Assembly: GCA_963803435.1 (NCBI GenBank)
Contig: CAWDML010000009.1
Span: 192,001-256,000, forward strand
DNA length: 64,000 nucleotides
DNA from: an uncultured delta proteobacterium
GTDB taxonomy: Bacteria > Myxococcota > Kuafuiibacteriia > Kuafuiibacteriales > Kuafuiibacteriaceae
Direction: 5' to 3'
The translations under genes and the position numbers were made by a program. The notes below the pieces were generated by a model, which searched no databases, had not been told where the DNA came from, and saw nothing but the letters and a program-made list of their open reading frames with translations. Positions 19,822 through 29,433 of this stretch are shown here, in pieces; positions within the stretch are counted from its first letter, which is position 1; every line of letters begins with the position of its first letter.

Positions 19822-21894
19822 GTGGTACGGTCCGCGACCGTGGCATCGAAAGGCTCTGTGCTTCCGATCGCCCTACTCATAGCGACGGCCACCACATCGA
19901 CGTTGTCGTGTGGCCCGAAGAGCGTCGTGGTGAACGGCGTGAAGATGTCCTACGAGGACGGGGCGGGCGTCGTCTATGACGAGGGCAAGGAGGCCCAGAA
20001 GGACGGCGACACCACCACCGCCAAGGCGCGCTTCCGGGACGTCATCGAGCTCTTCCCCGAGTCGAAGAAGGTCCCCGACGCCCTGGGCGAGCTGGGCTAC
20101 CTCTTGTTCGAGGAGGGCGGCTGCACTGCCGCCCGCACGTATCTCGAGCGGCTCGCCACCGACTATCCGCTCCACGCGCGAGGCCGGCAGGCGAAGGAGA
20201 AGCTCCAGACCTGCGACGGGACGGCGACGCCGGACAACCCCGTCACCACCTTCGACAAGGACTACAATCAGGCCGCCAGCGACGCCGAGAAGAAGGACGT
20301 CGCGTCACGGGCCGCCGACGGGTCGATGGAGGCGGGCGACTACACCTCGGCGGCCCGGTGGCTCCTGAAGGTCCGCGAGCTCGAGTCCGACCCGGCGCAG
20401 AAGCACGCGCTCGAGGATGAGATCACCGAGCTGATCGAGGACCGCGTCAGCTTCCGCGGGGTCCGCCAGCTGTACGACGAGACCCGCGGCAGCGACTTCC
20501 CCAAGCCGCTCTTGACCTACAAGCTCGGCCGCGTCCTCTACCACGTGCGCGATCTCGACAACGCGAAGAGCACGCTCGAGAGCTACCTGTCGAGCTGGCC
20601 CACCGGCCCCTTCGCCGACGGCGCCCGGCAGATGATCTCGATGATCGAGGCCCGCGGCGACGTCAAGCCGAACACGGTGGGCGTGCTCTTGCCGTTGAGC
20701 GGGCGGCACCGCAGCTATGGCGAGCTCGGCCTGCAGGCGATCAAGCTGGCGTTCGAGGGCAGCAAGATCGCGCTGGTGGTGCGCGACACCAAGAGCGACA
20801 GCGCCACCGCCTCCGAGATGATGCAGGAGCTGGCGCTCCAGGAGGGCTCGATCGGCGTCATCGGCCCGCTGTTCTCGTTCGAGGCCGAGCCTGCGGGCGC
20901 CAAGGCCCAGCAGCTGGGCGTGCCGTTGATGACGATCAGCGTGGGCGAGGCGCTGGCCCAGCTCGGGCCCTACGTCTTCCGCAACGGGCTCACCAACAAG
21001 GTGCAGGCGGAGGCCTTGGTCCGCTGGGCGATGGACGTCCAGGGGATGAAGAAGTTCGCCATCCTCTATCCGCGTCACCCCTACGGCGAGGAGCTGCTCA
21101 ACTACTTCTGGGACGAGGTCGAGAAGCGAAAGGGCGAGATCCGCGGCGTCGAGTCTTACGCGATGGGCGACACCACCTTCACCTGGCAGGTGAAGCGGCT
21201 GGTGGCGCGGGATCAGCTGGGCACGCGCGCCGACTACCGCAAGGCTCGGCAGGACTGCGCCAAGCAGCCCGACAGCTACCGGCGGGCGCGCTGCGAGGAT
21301 GACGTCAAGAAGAACGTCAGCCCGATCGTCGACTTCGACGCCCTGTTCATCCCCGACTACTACCAGAACGTCTCGATGATCACGGCGGCGCTGGCGGTCG
21401 AGGACGTGATCGTCGAGCAGGACCCGCGCCGGCTCAAGATCATCGAGAAGACGCTCGGGCGCGAGGTGAAGCCGGTGACGCTGCTGGGCGCCAGCGGCTG
21501 GTACAGCGATCAGCTCCTCGAGCGCGCCGAGCGCAACGTCGAGAACGCCGTGTTCACGGAGGCCTTCTTCGCCGAGGCCGACGACAAGCGGGTCGACGAG
21601 TTCGTCCGCAACTACAAGAAGAAGTACGATCGCGCGCCGGCGCTCTATCCCGAGGCGCTGCTGTACGACACCGCTCGGATCTTCCGCACCGTCCTCGAGA
21701 AGCAGCACCCGCAGACCCGGGAGGCCTTCCGCGCCGCGCTCCGCGATCTCCGCGACTTCCCCGGGGTCACCGGGAACATCTCGTTCGCGAACGGCACCGA
21801 CGCCGAGCGTCGCGTGAAGCTGATCCGGATCAAGAACGGAAAGTTCGAAGAGATCCCGCCGGTGAAGACCGAGGTGAAGAGCGGAAAGGGCTAG
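19822..21894 (+). CDS. LpoA-like penicillin-binding protein activator (TPR plus periplasmic-binding-protein domain) lipoprotein
   Basis: Lipobox TLSC, TPR repeats, VGVLLPLSG, VIGPL, DFDALFIPD, FPGVTGNISF. Confidence 0.8.
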   Translation: MVRSATVASKGSVLPIALLIATATTSTLSCGPKSVVVNGVKMSYEDGAGVVYDEGKEAQKDGDTTTAKARFRDVIELFPESKKVPDALGELGYLLFEEGGCTAARTYLERLATDYPLHARGRQAKEKLQTCDGTATPDNPVTTFDKDYNQAASDAEKKDVASRAADGSMEAGDYTSAARWLLKVRELESDPAQKHALEDEITELIEDRVSFRGVRQLYDETRGSDFPKPLLTYKLGRVLYHVRDLDNAKSTLESYLSSWPTGPFADGARQMISMIEARGDVKPNTVGVLLPLSGRHRSYGELGLQAIKLAFEGSKIALVVRDTKSDSATASEMMQELALQEGSIGVIGPLFSFEAEPAGAKAQQLGVPLMTISVGEALAQLGPYVFRNGLTNKVQAEALVRWAMDVQGMKKFAILYPRHPYGEELLNYFWDEVEKRKGEIRGVESYAMGDTTFTWQVKRLVARDQLGTRADYRKARQDCAKQPDSYRRARCEDDVKKNVSPIVDFDALFIPDYYQNVSMITAALAVEDVIVEQDPRRLKIIEKTLGREVKPVTLLGASGWYSDQLLERAERNVENAVFTEAFFAEADDKRVDEFVRNYKKKYDRAPALYPEALLYDTARIFRTVLEKQHPQTREAFRAALRDLRDFPGVTGNISFANGTDAERRVKLIRIKNGKFEEIPPVKTEVKSGKG

Positions 21895-21909
21895 CGCGGC
21901 GGCGCTCGC

Positions 21910-22887
21910 GTGCGGATCCTCCGGCCCCTCCTCCTGTTCGCCGCCACCATCGGCACGACCTGCTGGGCGCTCGGCTGGGCCGGCGGGCTGACGCTGATGG
22001 CGATCCTCGTCTCCCACGAGATGGGGCACTACCTGACGGCGCGGCGACACGGTGTCCCCGCCTCGCTCCCGCACTTCATCCCCATGCCGCCGTTCTTCCT
22101 GCTGGGCACGCTCGGCGCGGTGATCAGCATGCGGACCGATCGGGCCACCCGGAACCAGCTGATGGACATCGGCGCCGCCGGGCCGATCGCCGGCTTTCTG
22201 GTGGCGGTGCCGGCCATGATCGCAGGCGTGATGCTCTCGAAGGTCGCGCCCATCTCCGGGCCGACGGCCTATCTCGGCGATTCGATGCTCAGCTACGTGA
22301 TCACCGAGCTGCTCGCCCCGGCGCGACCTCCCGGGACCGATCTGATGGCCCACTCGGTCTTGATGGGCGCCTGGGGCGGGTTCCTGGTCACCGCGATCAA
22401 CCTGATCCCGCTGGGTCAGCTCGACGGCGGACACGTGCTCTACGCCTTCTCACCGCGCGCCTCTGAGGTCTGGATGCGCCGGATCTACAAGCTGCTGATC
22501 GTCCTCGGTGTGGTCGGCCTCCTGGTCCACGTGCCGTTCATGCTCCCCGAGAGCGTGGAGGTACCGCCGGCGCTCTTGACCGTGCTCCGGCCCTTCCGGC
22601 CGTACATCACTTACGCGCTCCTCATCTGGGCTCTCTTCGGCCGCTTCACCGGCCTCCGCCATCCACCGGTCGTGGACGAGACCGAGCCGCTCACGCCGCG
22701 CCGGCGCTACACGGCGTACGCGTGCCTCGCCATCATGCTGCTGACCTTCATGCCGAGCCCTATTTGGATGGACCGCGGTGAAAGTCCGGTGACGACGACG
22801 TCTTCGCCTTCGCCTGACGGAGGAGACCGAGCTCCACCAGGAGATGCACCAGAATCAGCGCCGCTCGCTCCTCCAGCGGAGCGCTGA
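21910..22887 (+). CDS. Site-2 protease (peptidase M50)
   Basis: HEMGH, DIGAAGP, NLIPLGQLDGGH, multiple TM segments. Confidence 0.92.
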   Translation: MRILRPLLLFAATIGTTCWALGWAGGLTLMAILVSHEMGHYLTARRHGVPASLPHFIPMPPFFLLGTLGAVISMRTDRATRNQLMDIGAAGPIAGFLVAVPAMIAGVMLSKVAPISGPTAYLGDSMLSYVITELLAPARPPGTDLMAHSVLMGAWGGFLVTAINLIPLGQLDGGHVLYAFSPRASEVWMRRIYKLLIVLGVVGLLVHVPFMLPESVEVPPALLTVLRPFRPYITYALLIWALFGRFTGLRHPPVVDETEPLTPRRRYTAYACLAIMLLTFMPSPIWMDRGESPVTTTSSPSPDGGDRAPPGDAPESAPLAPPAER

Positions 22888-25024
22888 GCAGCCACTCGCC
22901 GATCGTGTCGTACTGGGGCAGCACCTTGAGCCAGCTGATCTCGGACGGGCTCAGGTTGAGGTACGCCGTCACCGAGTCGAAGTCGGATGAGCGAGAGTAG
23001 GCGCAGTCGAGGTACGGCGCGATCGCGCGCTCCAGATCGCGGTTAGAGCGGGTCCGATCGACGATCAGAGGGAGGAGACCGTAGATGGAGGTCGCGAACG
23101 GTCGCGTGCTGTTCGGCGGCGTGGAGGCGTCGAAGGCGAAGTGGCCCGAGCTCCAGGCGAAGATCGTCTCCAGCCGGAGCGTCATGACGAACGCCCGGCA
23201 GCGATCCACGTCGACGTTGGCGCGCCGGCTGAGCACGTACTCGAGCGGGCGCTGCTCCGCGATCATCACACGCAGGCAGTCGTCCAGCTGGTTCGGTCGG
23301 ACCAGGCCGTGCTGCACCAGCAGCGTCTGTGGCTGGAGCTCAGGATCGCTAGCGCCGACATAGGTGGGCTGGCCGTGGAAGAAGTGGACCTCGCGCCGGG
23401 CCGCCGGCGGTAGCGAGGCCTTCGCGACCACCAGCCGTCCGGTGACGCGCTGGCGCGCCATCTCGCCCAGCAGCGAGATGATGCTGCGGCCTGACAGCGA
23501 TCCCGAGACGGCGCCCCGGGGCATGAACGTATCGGGGGTCCCGATCTCCTGGCCGCTCAGCTCCAGGAACTGGGGCACCGAGATCCAGTGGATGCCGTCG
23601 CTCCCGATCGAGACGCTGCTCCCGGAGAACTCGAGGTGCGATCGAACCTTCTCCATCACCTCGGTGAGGTAGAGCGGGCCGAGCTCACCCGTGCTGGTCT
23701 TGAGGTAGTAGGCGGGTCCGGGTTGTCCGGAGAAGGGTTCGGTCACGTAGTTGCGGAGGATGTCGCCGGTCTCAACGTTGCCGGGGCCGCCGGGGATCGG
23801 GATGCGGGTCTCGGTCGTCTTGATGAAGTCGCTGGTGTCGTTGTTCCCAGGCCTCGCTCGGATGGGCGCCTTGGGTGCGGGTGCGACCGGTTTGCCCCGG
23901 ACGATCGAGTAGTTTCCGGAGTCCCAGGTGTCGAGGAGCATCGGCGGCGGTGTGCGATCGTCCTCGGGGACCGGTACCGCGACGACGTCGGGCGTCGGCG
24001 TGGCCCAGACCCCGGAGTCGCTGATCACGTCCCAAGGCGACAGCTCGAGGATCGGCTCTTCGCGAACCTCCTCCACGTCGATGATCAGATCGTCGGCCTC
24101 CTCCGCCGGATCGTCGAGGAGGGCACGGATCGCACGCTTGACCTCGCCGGCGGACAGCTGCGGCTTCACGCGGCGCAGGAGGTCGAGCAGCATCGCCTGC
24201 ATCTCCTGAGCGCTGGAGAGTCGCCGCCTCGGATCGACGTCGAGGCCCGACACCACGATCCGATCGAGCTCGCGCGGAATGTCGTGCGCGTACATCGAGG
24301 GCGGGACTCGCGGATCGAGGCAGACCGAGCGGATCATCTCGACGTTCGTCTTTCGTTTGAATAGACGACGCTGCGTCAAGCACTCCCAGAGCACGACCGA
24401 GGCGGCGAAGACGTCGATCCGATGATCGAAGCCTCTGCCCTCGAAGAGCTCCGGGGCCATGTACGGCAGCTTGCCTTTGATGTGATCGTCGAGCTCGGGT
24501 GTCGTCGTGGTCCCCTGCTGCGCGATGCCGAAGTCGCCTAGCTTCACGTCGCCCTGTCGCGACAGGAAGATGTTGTCCGGTGCGACGTCGCGGTGAATGA
24601 TGTTGCGCGGTCGGCCGGCCTCGTCGCAGAGATCATGCGTGTACACCAGGCCTTCCAGCACCTCACAGACGATGTGAAGGCTGAGCCAGGGAGGTACGCG
24701 CAGGCCACCCCGGGCGGCGCGCTTGAGCGCACGTCGCAGGTCGGATCCCGAGATGTACTCCATCACGATCAGCAGCTCGCCCTCGTGCTCGAGAAATTCG
24801 AAGACCTGCACGATGTTTCGATGCTGCACCTCAGCAGAGAGCCGTGCTTCCGCGACGAACATTCGGACCACTTCGGGGATGTCGCGGTAGCGTTGCTTCA
24901 GGCGCTTGACGACGACGGACTTGGCAAAACCGGCCGATCCGACAAGGCGTGCCCGGTACACGTCGGCCATGCCGCCAGATCCGATCCGATCGAGAAACTC
25001 GATTCTTTCCGGGCGCTGCTTCAT
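22760..25024 (-). CDS. Ser/Thr protein kinase with C-terminal DUF4388-like domain
   Basis: GSGGMADVY, VVKRL, IHRDVAPDN, DFG, YMAPE; C-terminal GSLSGRSIISLL...VTGRL...FAWSSGHFAF. Confidence 0.9.
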   Translation of the reverse strand: MKQRPERIEFLDRIGSGGMADVYRARLVGSAGFAKSVVVKRLKQRYRDIPEVVRMFVAEARLSAEVQHRNIVQVFEFLEHEGELLIVMEYISGSDLRRALKRAARGGLRVPPWLSLHIVCEVLEGLVYTHDLCDEAGRPRNIIHRDVAPDNIFLSRQGDVKLGDFGIAQQGTTTTPELDDHIKGKLPYMAPELFEGRGFDHRIDVFAASVVLWECLTQRRLFKRKTNVEMIRSVCLDPRVPPSMYAHDIPRELDRIVVSGLDVDPRRRLSSAQEMQAMLLDLLRRVKPQLSAGEVKRAIRALLDDPAEEADDLIIDVEEVREEPILELSPWDVISDSGVWATPTPDVVAVPVPEDDRTPPPMLLDTWDSGNYSIVRGKPVAPAPKAPIRARPGNNDTSDFIKTTETRIPIPGGPGNVETGDILRNYVTEPFSGQPGPAYYLKTSTGELGPLYLTEVMEKVRSHLEFSGSSVSIGSDGIHWISVPQFLELSGQEIGTPDTFMPRGAVSGSLSGRSIISLLGEMARQRVTGRLVVAKASLPPAARREVHFFHGQPTYVGASDPELQPQTLLVQHGLVRPNQLDDCLRVMIAEQRPLEYVLSRRANVDVDRCRAFVMTLRLETIFAWSSGHFAFDASTPPNSTRPFATSIYGLLPLIVDRTRSNRDLERAIAPYLDCAYSRSSDFDSVTAYLNLSPSEISWLKVLPQYDTIGEWLLSAPLEERAALILVHLLVELGLLRQAKAKTSSSPDFHRGPSK

Positions 25025-25236
25025 GGCGCGCTTGGTCTACACGAAGATACGACGTGCCACGAGAAGTTGGCGATGTATCCGCGGCTGGTCGGTCGGTCGC
25101 TTGTGCAGACGCGTCTCACTTTTCGGCCCAGAAAACGGTGTACTCGCGTCGCGTCGATCACGTTCGCCGGCATCGATGCAAGCCGAGTTGACGACCCTCC
25201 AAGGGAAGCACGTATGCGTTTGGGACACCGCCCGGA

Positions 25237-26628
25237 CTACTTGCGGACGAGCAGGACATGCCCGACCCGCGCGTGCTTCTGGGAGTCCTCTACCTTCTTG
25301 ATCCGTATGACCGAGAATGCCAGCTGCTCGAGCCAGGCGGTGAGGCTCTCCAGCTTGTAGCGACGGCTGTACAGCATCGTGCACGCGCGCCGCTCATCCT
25401 GGAGCACCAGATCGTGACAGAAGTTGATCGAGCCGGGAATGCGGGCCGAGTCGTCGTCCTCACGCATCCAGATACGCATCTCCACATCGCTCGGCTTGCG
25501 TCCGGTGGCAGCCTCCCACCGCCGGTACGGGCCCTCGAGGAGGAGGCGCCGGTTGGCCTCGGCCGCGGTGATCTCGCGATCGCCGGTCGTCAACAGATAG
25601 AGCGGATCCTTCTCGATCGGGTCGAGCCGGAGACCTACCTCGATCCACACCAGGTCACCGGGGCGGACGATCTTCCACAGCTTCTCCCGCACGAAGATCT
25701 CTTCGTCGCGGAGGTTGCCGAAGACGTTGCCCAGCATCAGGACGAGCCGCGTACCGTCCCGCTCCTTCTGCAGCGTGGAGGGCAGGCGTCCGAGGAAGCT
25801 CAGGTTCCCCTCCTCGAAGTCCGAGCAGAAGCTCTTCACGCGGTGCCGCGTCCGCGAGCCGCTCCGCCCCTCTTCGCCGAGGAGCTTCTGGGCGCCGATG
25901 CCCGCGGTGACGAGGAGCGGGATGGAGACGTCCACCGGCGCGTAGCACATCCAGGGCAGCCGCTGGTCGGCCTGCTTCTCCAGGTCGAGCAGCCGCCGGA
26001 GCAGCATGAGCTCCTTGCCGCCCTCGCCGGGGCCGAGGCTGACGAGGTCGAGACCCCGCGGGGCGCCGCGACGGCTGAGACCGACGGCGTCGGCGATCGG
26101 GCCCTTGGTGCGTCCGTTCTCGTCCCGCGTCAGATCGAGCCAGGCGTCGGCGCAGCTCTCCACGCCGCTGAGCCAGGCCGCCTGCTCGTAGCCGCGGCCG
26201 ATCAGCTTCTCCCACGCGAGCGCGCCCATCGGCTCGTAATAGAGGAATCGATGTCCGAGGTAGTCGTACGCGACGCGATCGCGGAACTGGCGCTGGAGAT
26301 CGGACGGTGAGCTGCCGTCCTCGATCTCGATCGGGCTCAGGCGCGTCCCGTGCTTCACGGCCCCGGCCTGCTCGGCCATCGCCTCCAGCTGAACGGCGAG
26401 GTTTGCCTTGATGCCTCGGAGCTTTTGGGGCTTGAACTCCTGAACCGCCCCACCTCGCCAGTTTGCGACGTTCTCCGGGCTGACGCCCGCCAGCTCGGCG
26501 ACGTCCTTGTCGGAGGTGTAGCCCAGGAGGTCCGCCACGTGGAGGAACAGCTCCATCAGCTGGCTCGGGCCTTCCTTCTTTCTCTTGGTCGCCATGTTTT
26601 TTCTGGAGGGGGTCCGTTCTTTCGTCAT
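25237..26628 (-). CDS. HTH domain fused to EgtD-like (L-histidine N-alpha-methyltransferase family) SAM-binding domain
   Basis: GGAGG RBS before ATG 26628; HTH-like DVAELAGVSPENVANW; HRFLYY, LVSLGPGEGGKE, PVDVS, LMLGNVFGNL, SRRY. Confidence 0.72.
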   Translation of the reverse strand: MTKERTPSRKNMATKRKKEGPSQLMELFLHVADLLGYTSDKDVAELAGVSPENVANWRGGAVQEFKPQKLRGIKANLAVQLEAMAEQAGAVKHGTRLSPIEIEDGSSPSDLQRQFRDRVAYDYLGHRFLYYEPMGALAWEKLIGRGYEQAAWLSGVESCADAWLDLTRDENGRTKGPIADAVGLSRRGAPRGLDLVSLGPGEGGKELMLLRRLLDLEKQADQRLPWMCYAPVDVSIPLLVTAGIGAQKLLGEEGRSGSRTRHRVKSFCSDFEEGNLSFLGRLPSTLQKERDGTRLVLMLGNVFGNLRDEEIFVREKLWKIVRPGDLVWIEVGLRLDPIEKDPLYLLTTGDREITAAEANRRLLLEGPYRRWEAATGRKPSDVEMRIWMREDDDSARIPGSINFCHDLVLQDERRACTMLYSRRYKLESLTAWLEQLAFSVIRIKKVEDSQKHARVGHVLLVRK

Positions 26629-26719
26629 CGGCCCTCCGTTTTCCGGCGCCGTCCCCCGTCCTGGAAGACCAACATCCTCCGAGAAGGCCGCTCTCGGCAA
26701 CTCACAGGGAGGACAGAAT

Positions 26720-27463
26720 ATGAAGACGATGGGATGGACGGGGCCCGTGTGGGCCATGGCGCTGCTCGCGGGGGGCGTCCCGGGCTGCGCGATGGACGAT
26801 GACCTGGGGACCGCGCCGATCGGCGTGACCCAGAGCGATCTCGATCGGCTGGGCGCGCACGCGCAGCTGACGCTCGACGCGACCGACGCCTCCTACCTGC
26901 TCGATCAGTCCGTCCGGCCCCTCGAGCTCGACCGCGTCAACCTCATCTGCCCCAACGGCGCCACCATGCCGCTGCGCGGATGGCTCGACGCGCGGAGCGC
27001 CGAGCTCAGCGCCGACCTCGGGAGGCTCGACGTCCTGTTCATCGGGCAGACGCCTCCCGACTGCACGGTGGGCCGCTGCGACTGCCAGGAGTGCGACCTC
27101 TGCCCGGACGGTCTCTGGGTTTGCTACAACACCTGCGGCGAATCGTGGAACAACGCGCAGCGCCAGTGGGACGCCGAGCACCAGGATCCCCGCGTCGACC
27201 ATCCGAACACCCCGCCCACCGATCCGAATGATCCCGGCGATCCGCCGCCGGATGACGGCACCGGGGGCGGCGGCGGCGAGGGCACCGGCGGCGGCGGCGG
27301 CGGCGGCGACGGGACCGGTGGGGGCGGGGGCGGTCACGGCGGCGGCAACGGCGGCGGCGGGAGCTCCGGGGGCGGCGCGGCCGGCGGTGGCTCCGGCGGC
27401 TCGTCCGGGGGCGGCGCCGGCGGGGGGCGCAGCAGCGGCGGCGGGATCGGCGGCGGTTACTAG
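26720..27463 (+). CDS. Hypothetical lipoprotein with Cys cluster and Gly-rich tail
   Basis: GGAGG RBS, signal ending VPG-C, CTVGRCDCQECDLCPDGLWVCYNTC, poly-Gly C-terminus. Confidence 0.7.
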   Translation: MKTMGWTGPVWAMALLAGGVPGCAMDDDLGTAPIGVTQSDLDRLGAHAQLTLDATDASYLLDQSVRPLELDRVNLICPNGATMPLRGWLDARSAELSADLGRLDVLFIGQTPPDCTVGRCDCQECDLCPDGLWVCYNTCGESWNNAQRQWDAEHQDPRVDHPNTPPTDPNDPGDPPPDDGTGGGGGEGTGGGGGGGDGTGGGGGGHGGGNGGGGSSGGGAAGGGSGGSSGGGAGGGRSSGGGIGGGY

Positions 27464-27549
27464 GAGCGTGTAGCGCGTAAGCGCTCACGCGACCTCGGTC
27501 CGGGTCCCGGTCCCGGTCCGGGTCCCGATCTGAAGATGGCTGCCTTGAG

Positions 27550-28751
27550 TCAGACGCTCGCGACGGTCGCGAGCTTCGATCGGTAGAGCTTGAGCAGGTT
27601 GTGGGTGAGGCAGACGAGCGTCCACTCGGCTCGTACCTTGAAGAAGGAGCGGAGCGAGAACCGGCGGAATCCTCGTGCCCCTTTGATCTGTCCGAGCGCC
27701 GGTTCGACGATACTCTTCCTGCGGGCGTAGTGTTCGGGTCCAACAGCGATGTGGGCATCGATCTGATTGTTGTCGCAGAATTCGATGTTGGTCGCGCTCA
27801 GATAGCCGTTGTCTGCCGTCATCTTCCGCGGAGCATCGCCGCAGTTGCCGAACACATCACGGAGCATCGGGACGAGGTGTTGCTGATCAGGTGCCTGGTT
27901 GCTGACCCCTTCGGCGACAATCACCTGAGCGTGCTCATCTACGACAACTTGGGCATTGTAGGCCTGGAGGTACGCTCCCTCCTTCAACATGATCCTGCTG
28001 TCTGAGTCGGTGAAGTTCCTCTGAGCGTTGGGCCTCGGTGTGCCGTCCACATTTGCAGGAACGCGATGATGCGGCCATCCATCACTTCGTTCAGTTGGGT
28101 CTGGGGATGGTTCGAGCTGGTCAGCCTGCGCTCTTGCCTTCTCGGCTCGAGTTCTCGCTCGCTTCTGCTCCACCCGATCCACAGAGCATCATCCGCTTTG
28201 CTCTGCTGCTCTTCGGCTTGCCTGCGCAATTTCTCCGCGCGAGCCCTGGCGGCATCCTGTTCCAGCGCAGCCTTCGCTTCTCGAATGCGGGCAAGGCGGG
28301 ATTCACGGCGAGCGAGCTCCGCTGGGATGTCCTCTTCAGTCTCTTCAACGCCCAGCCGCTCGTCTTCCTCTTGGTCGATCGTGCGCGCTCGCTCCAGCAG
28401 TTCTTCGATCTGGCAAAGCTTCAGGGCTTCCAGGAAGAGCGCTTTCAGTGCCTCCAGGTGGACGAGCCGAAACTCGTTGATCGTCGTGAAGTGGGGATGA
28501 CTTTCTCCAGCCAGCACCCGGAATGGAATGTCTTCGTAGGTCGCCCGCGCGATCCTCCGCGACGAATAGATGCCGGTGCAGTAGGCGTACAGAAGCAGCG
28601 CGATCATCATTCGAGGCGAGTACGGTCGCTCGCCTCGCGGGTCCTTCTCGGAGTCCAAGAACGGTATTGCTTCGCCACGAAACCATGGGATCAAGTCCAG
28701 GCGTCGAAGTCGATCCGCCCAACGATCGATTCCAGACGAAACGACCTCCAA
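27550..28751 (-). pseudogene. IS1182-family transposase, frameshifted with internal deletions
   Basis: PYSPRMMIALLLYAYCTGIYSSRRIAR (DUF772-like), QRNFTDSDSRIM, YNAQ, ADNGY, YARRKSIVEP..GQIK..RGFRRF, split over two frames; the DGT catalytic segment is not seen. Confidence 0.88.
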
Positions 28752-28797
28752 GAACTTCTGCTGGTCAAAGTGGACGAGCTACCGCAAGCTAGCTTGC

Positions 28798-29166
28798 ATG
28801 GTCACTTTCGATCACGAGAAGCTCGTGGTCTACCAGCTCGCCGTCGAGTATGCCGACATCGCTGAAGAGATCGCACAAGAACTGCAACCCGGTCACGCTC
28901 ACGTCCGCGATCAGCTTCGGCGGGCATCCGATTCCATCGTGAACAACACCGCCGAGGGCGCCGGAGAGTTCAATCCACCTGAGAAGGCTCGCTTCTACCG
29001 GATGGCACTTCGCTCTGGCACCGAAAGCGCTGCCTCACTCCACACCTGCTTGAGGCGCCGACTCGCCAACGAGCAGAAGGTCCAAGCCGCCAGAGCCAAG
29101 CTCAAGCGCGTTGTCGAGAGGCTCACGCGCCTCATCAAGTCGATGAACGCACGCCGGGCTGCATGA
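28798..29166 (+). CDS. Four helix bundle protein (23S rRNA IVS-protein/Avd-like fold)
   Basis: FDHEKLVVYQLA...DQLRRASDSIVNNTAEGAG...KARFYRMALRSGTE. Confidence 0.9.
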   Translation: MVTFDHEKLVVYQLAVEYADIAEEIAQELQPGHAHVRDQLRRASDSIVNNTAEGAGEFNPPEKARFYRMALRSGTESAASLHTCLRRRLANEQKVQAARAKLKRVVERLTRLIKSMNARRAA

Positions 29167-29242
29167 TCGCCATCGGGACCGGGACCCGGACCGGGACCCG
29201 GACCGGGCTCGCGGTAGCGCTACGCGCTACACGCTCCTAGAC

Positions 29243-29279
29243 GGCAGCGAGATCAGATCCGAACTGACGGCTGCGAGCT
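29243..29279 (+). repeat. Dispersed intergenic motif, copy 2
   Basis: GGCAGCGAGATCAGATCCGAACTGACGGCTGCGAGCT; matches 19724-19761. Confidence 0.8.
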
Positions 29280-29433
29280 GCGAGCTGTCGACGCGGGGCT
29301 GCGCCAGCACGGAATTCAAGTGAACTCGAGCGTTTGAGGCGCGGCCTCGCGAAGACGATCGATTCCGGGCCGCTCCGCCAAAGCGCCGAATTTCCAGCCG
29401 TGATAGGTGCTCTCTCTCGGAGCACCCGCTCGG

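Larger units (their letters stand above)
27460..29240. mobile_element. CTAG-bounded element with ~70-bp inverted arms, carrying an IS1182-like transposase remnant and a four-helix-bundle gene
   Basis: Perfect 20-bp inverted termini CTAGGAGCGTGTAGCGCGTA (27460-27479) and TACGCGCTACACGCTCCTAG (29221-29240), imperfect extension to 27529/29172 through five SGGTCC hexamers; interior visibly lower in GC. Confidence 0.85.

Noticed and set aside
22760-22887. 128-bp convergent overlap of the site-2 protease and kinase genes
   Set aside because: It involves only C-terminal tails, which is common in high-GC genomes with few stop codons.
27496-27526. Hexamer arrays as CRISPR or DGR components
   Set aside because: No spacers, cas genes, reverse transcriptase or TR/VR pair were seen in the window, despite the Avd-like fold of the four-helix protein.
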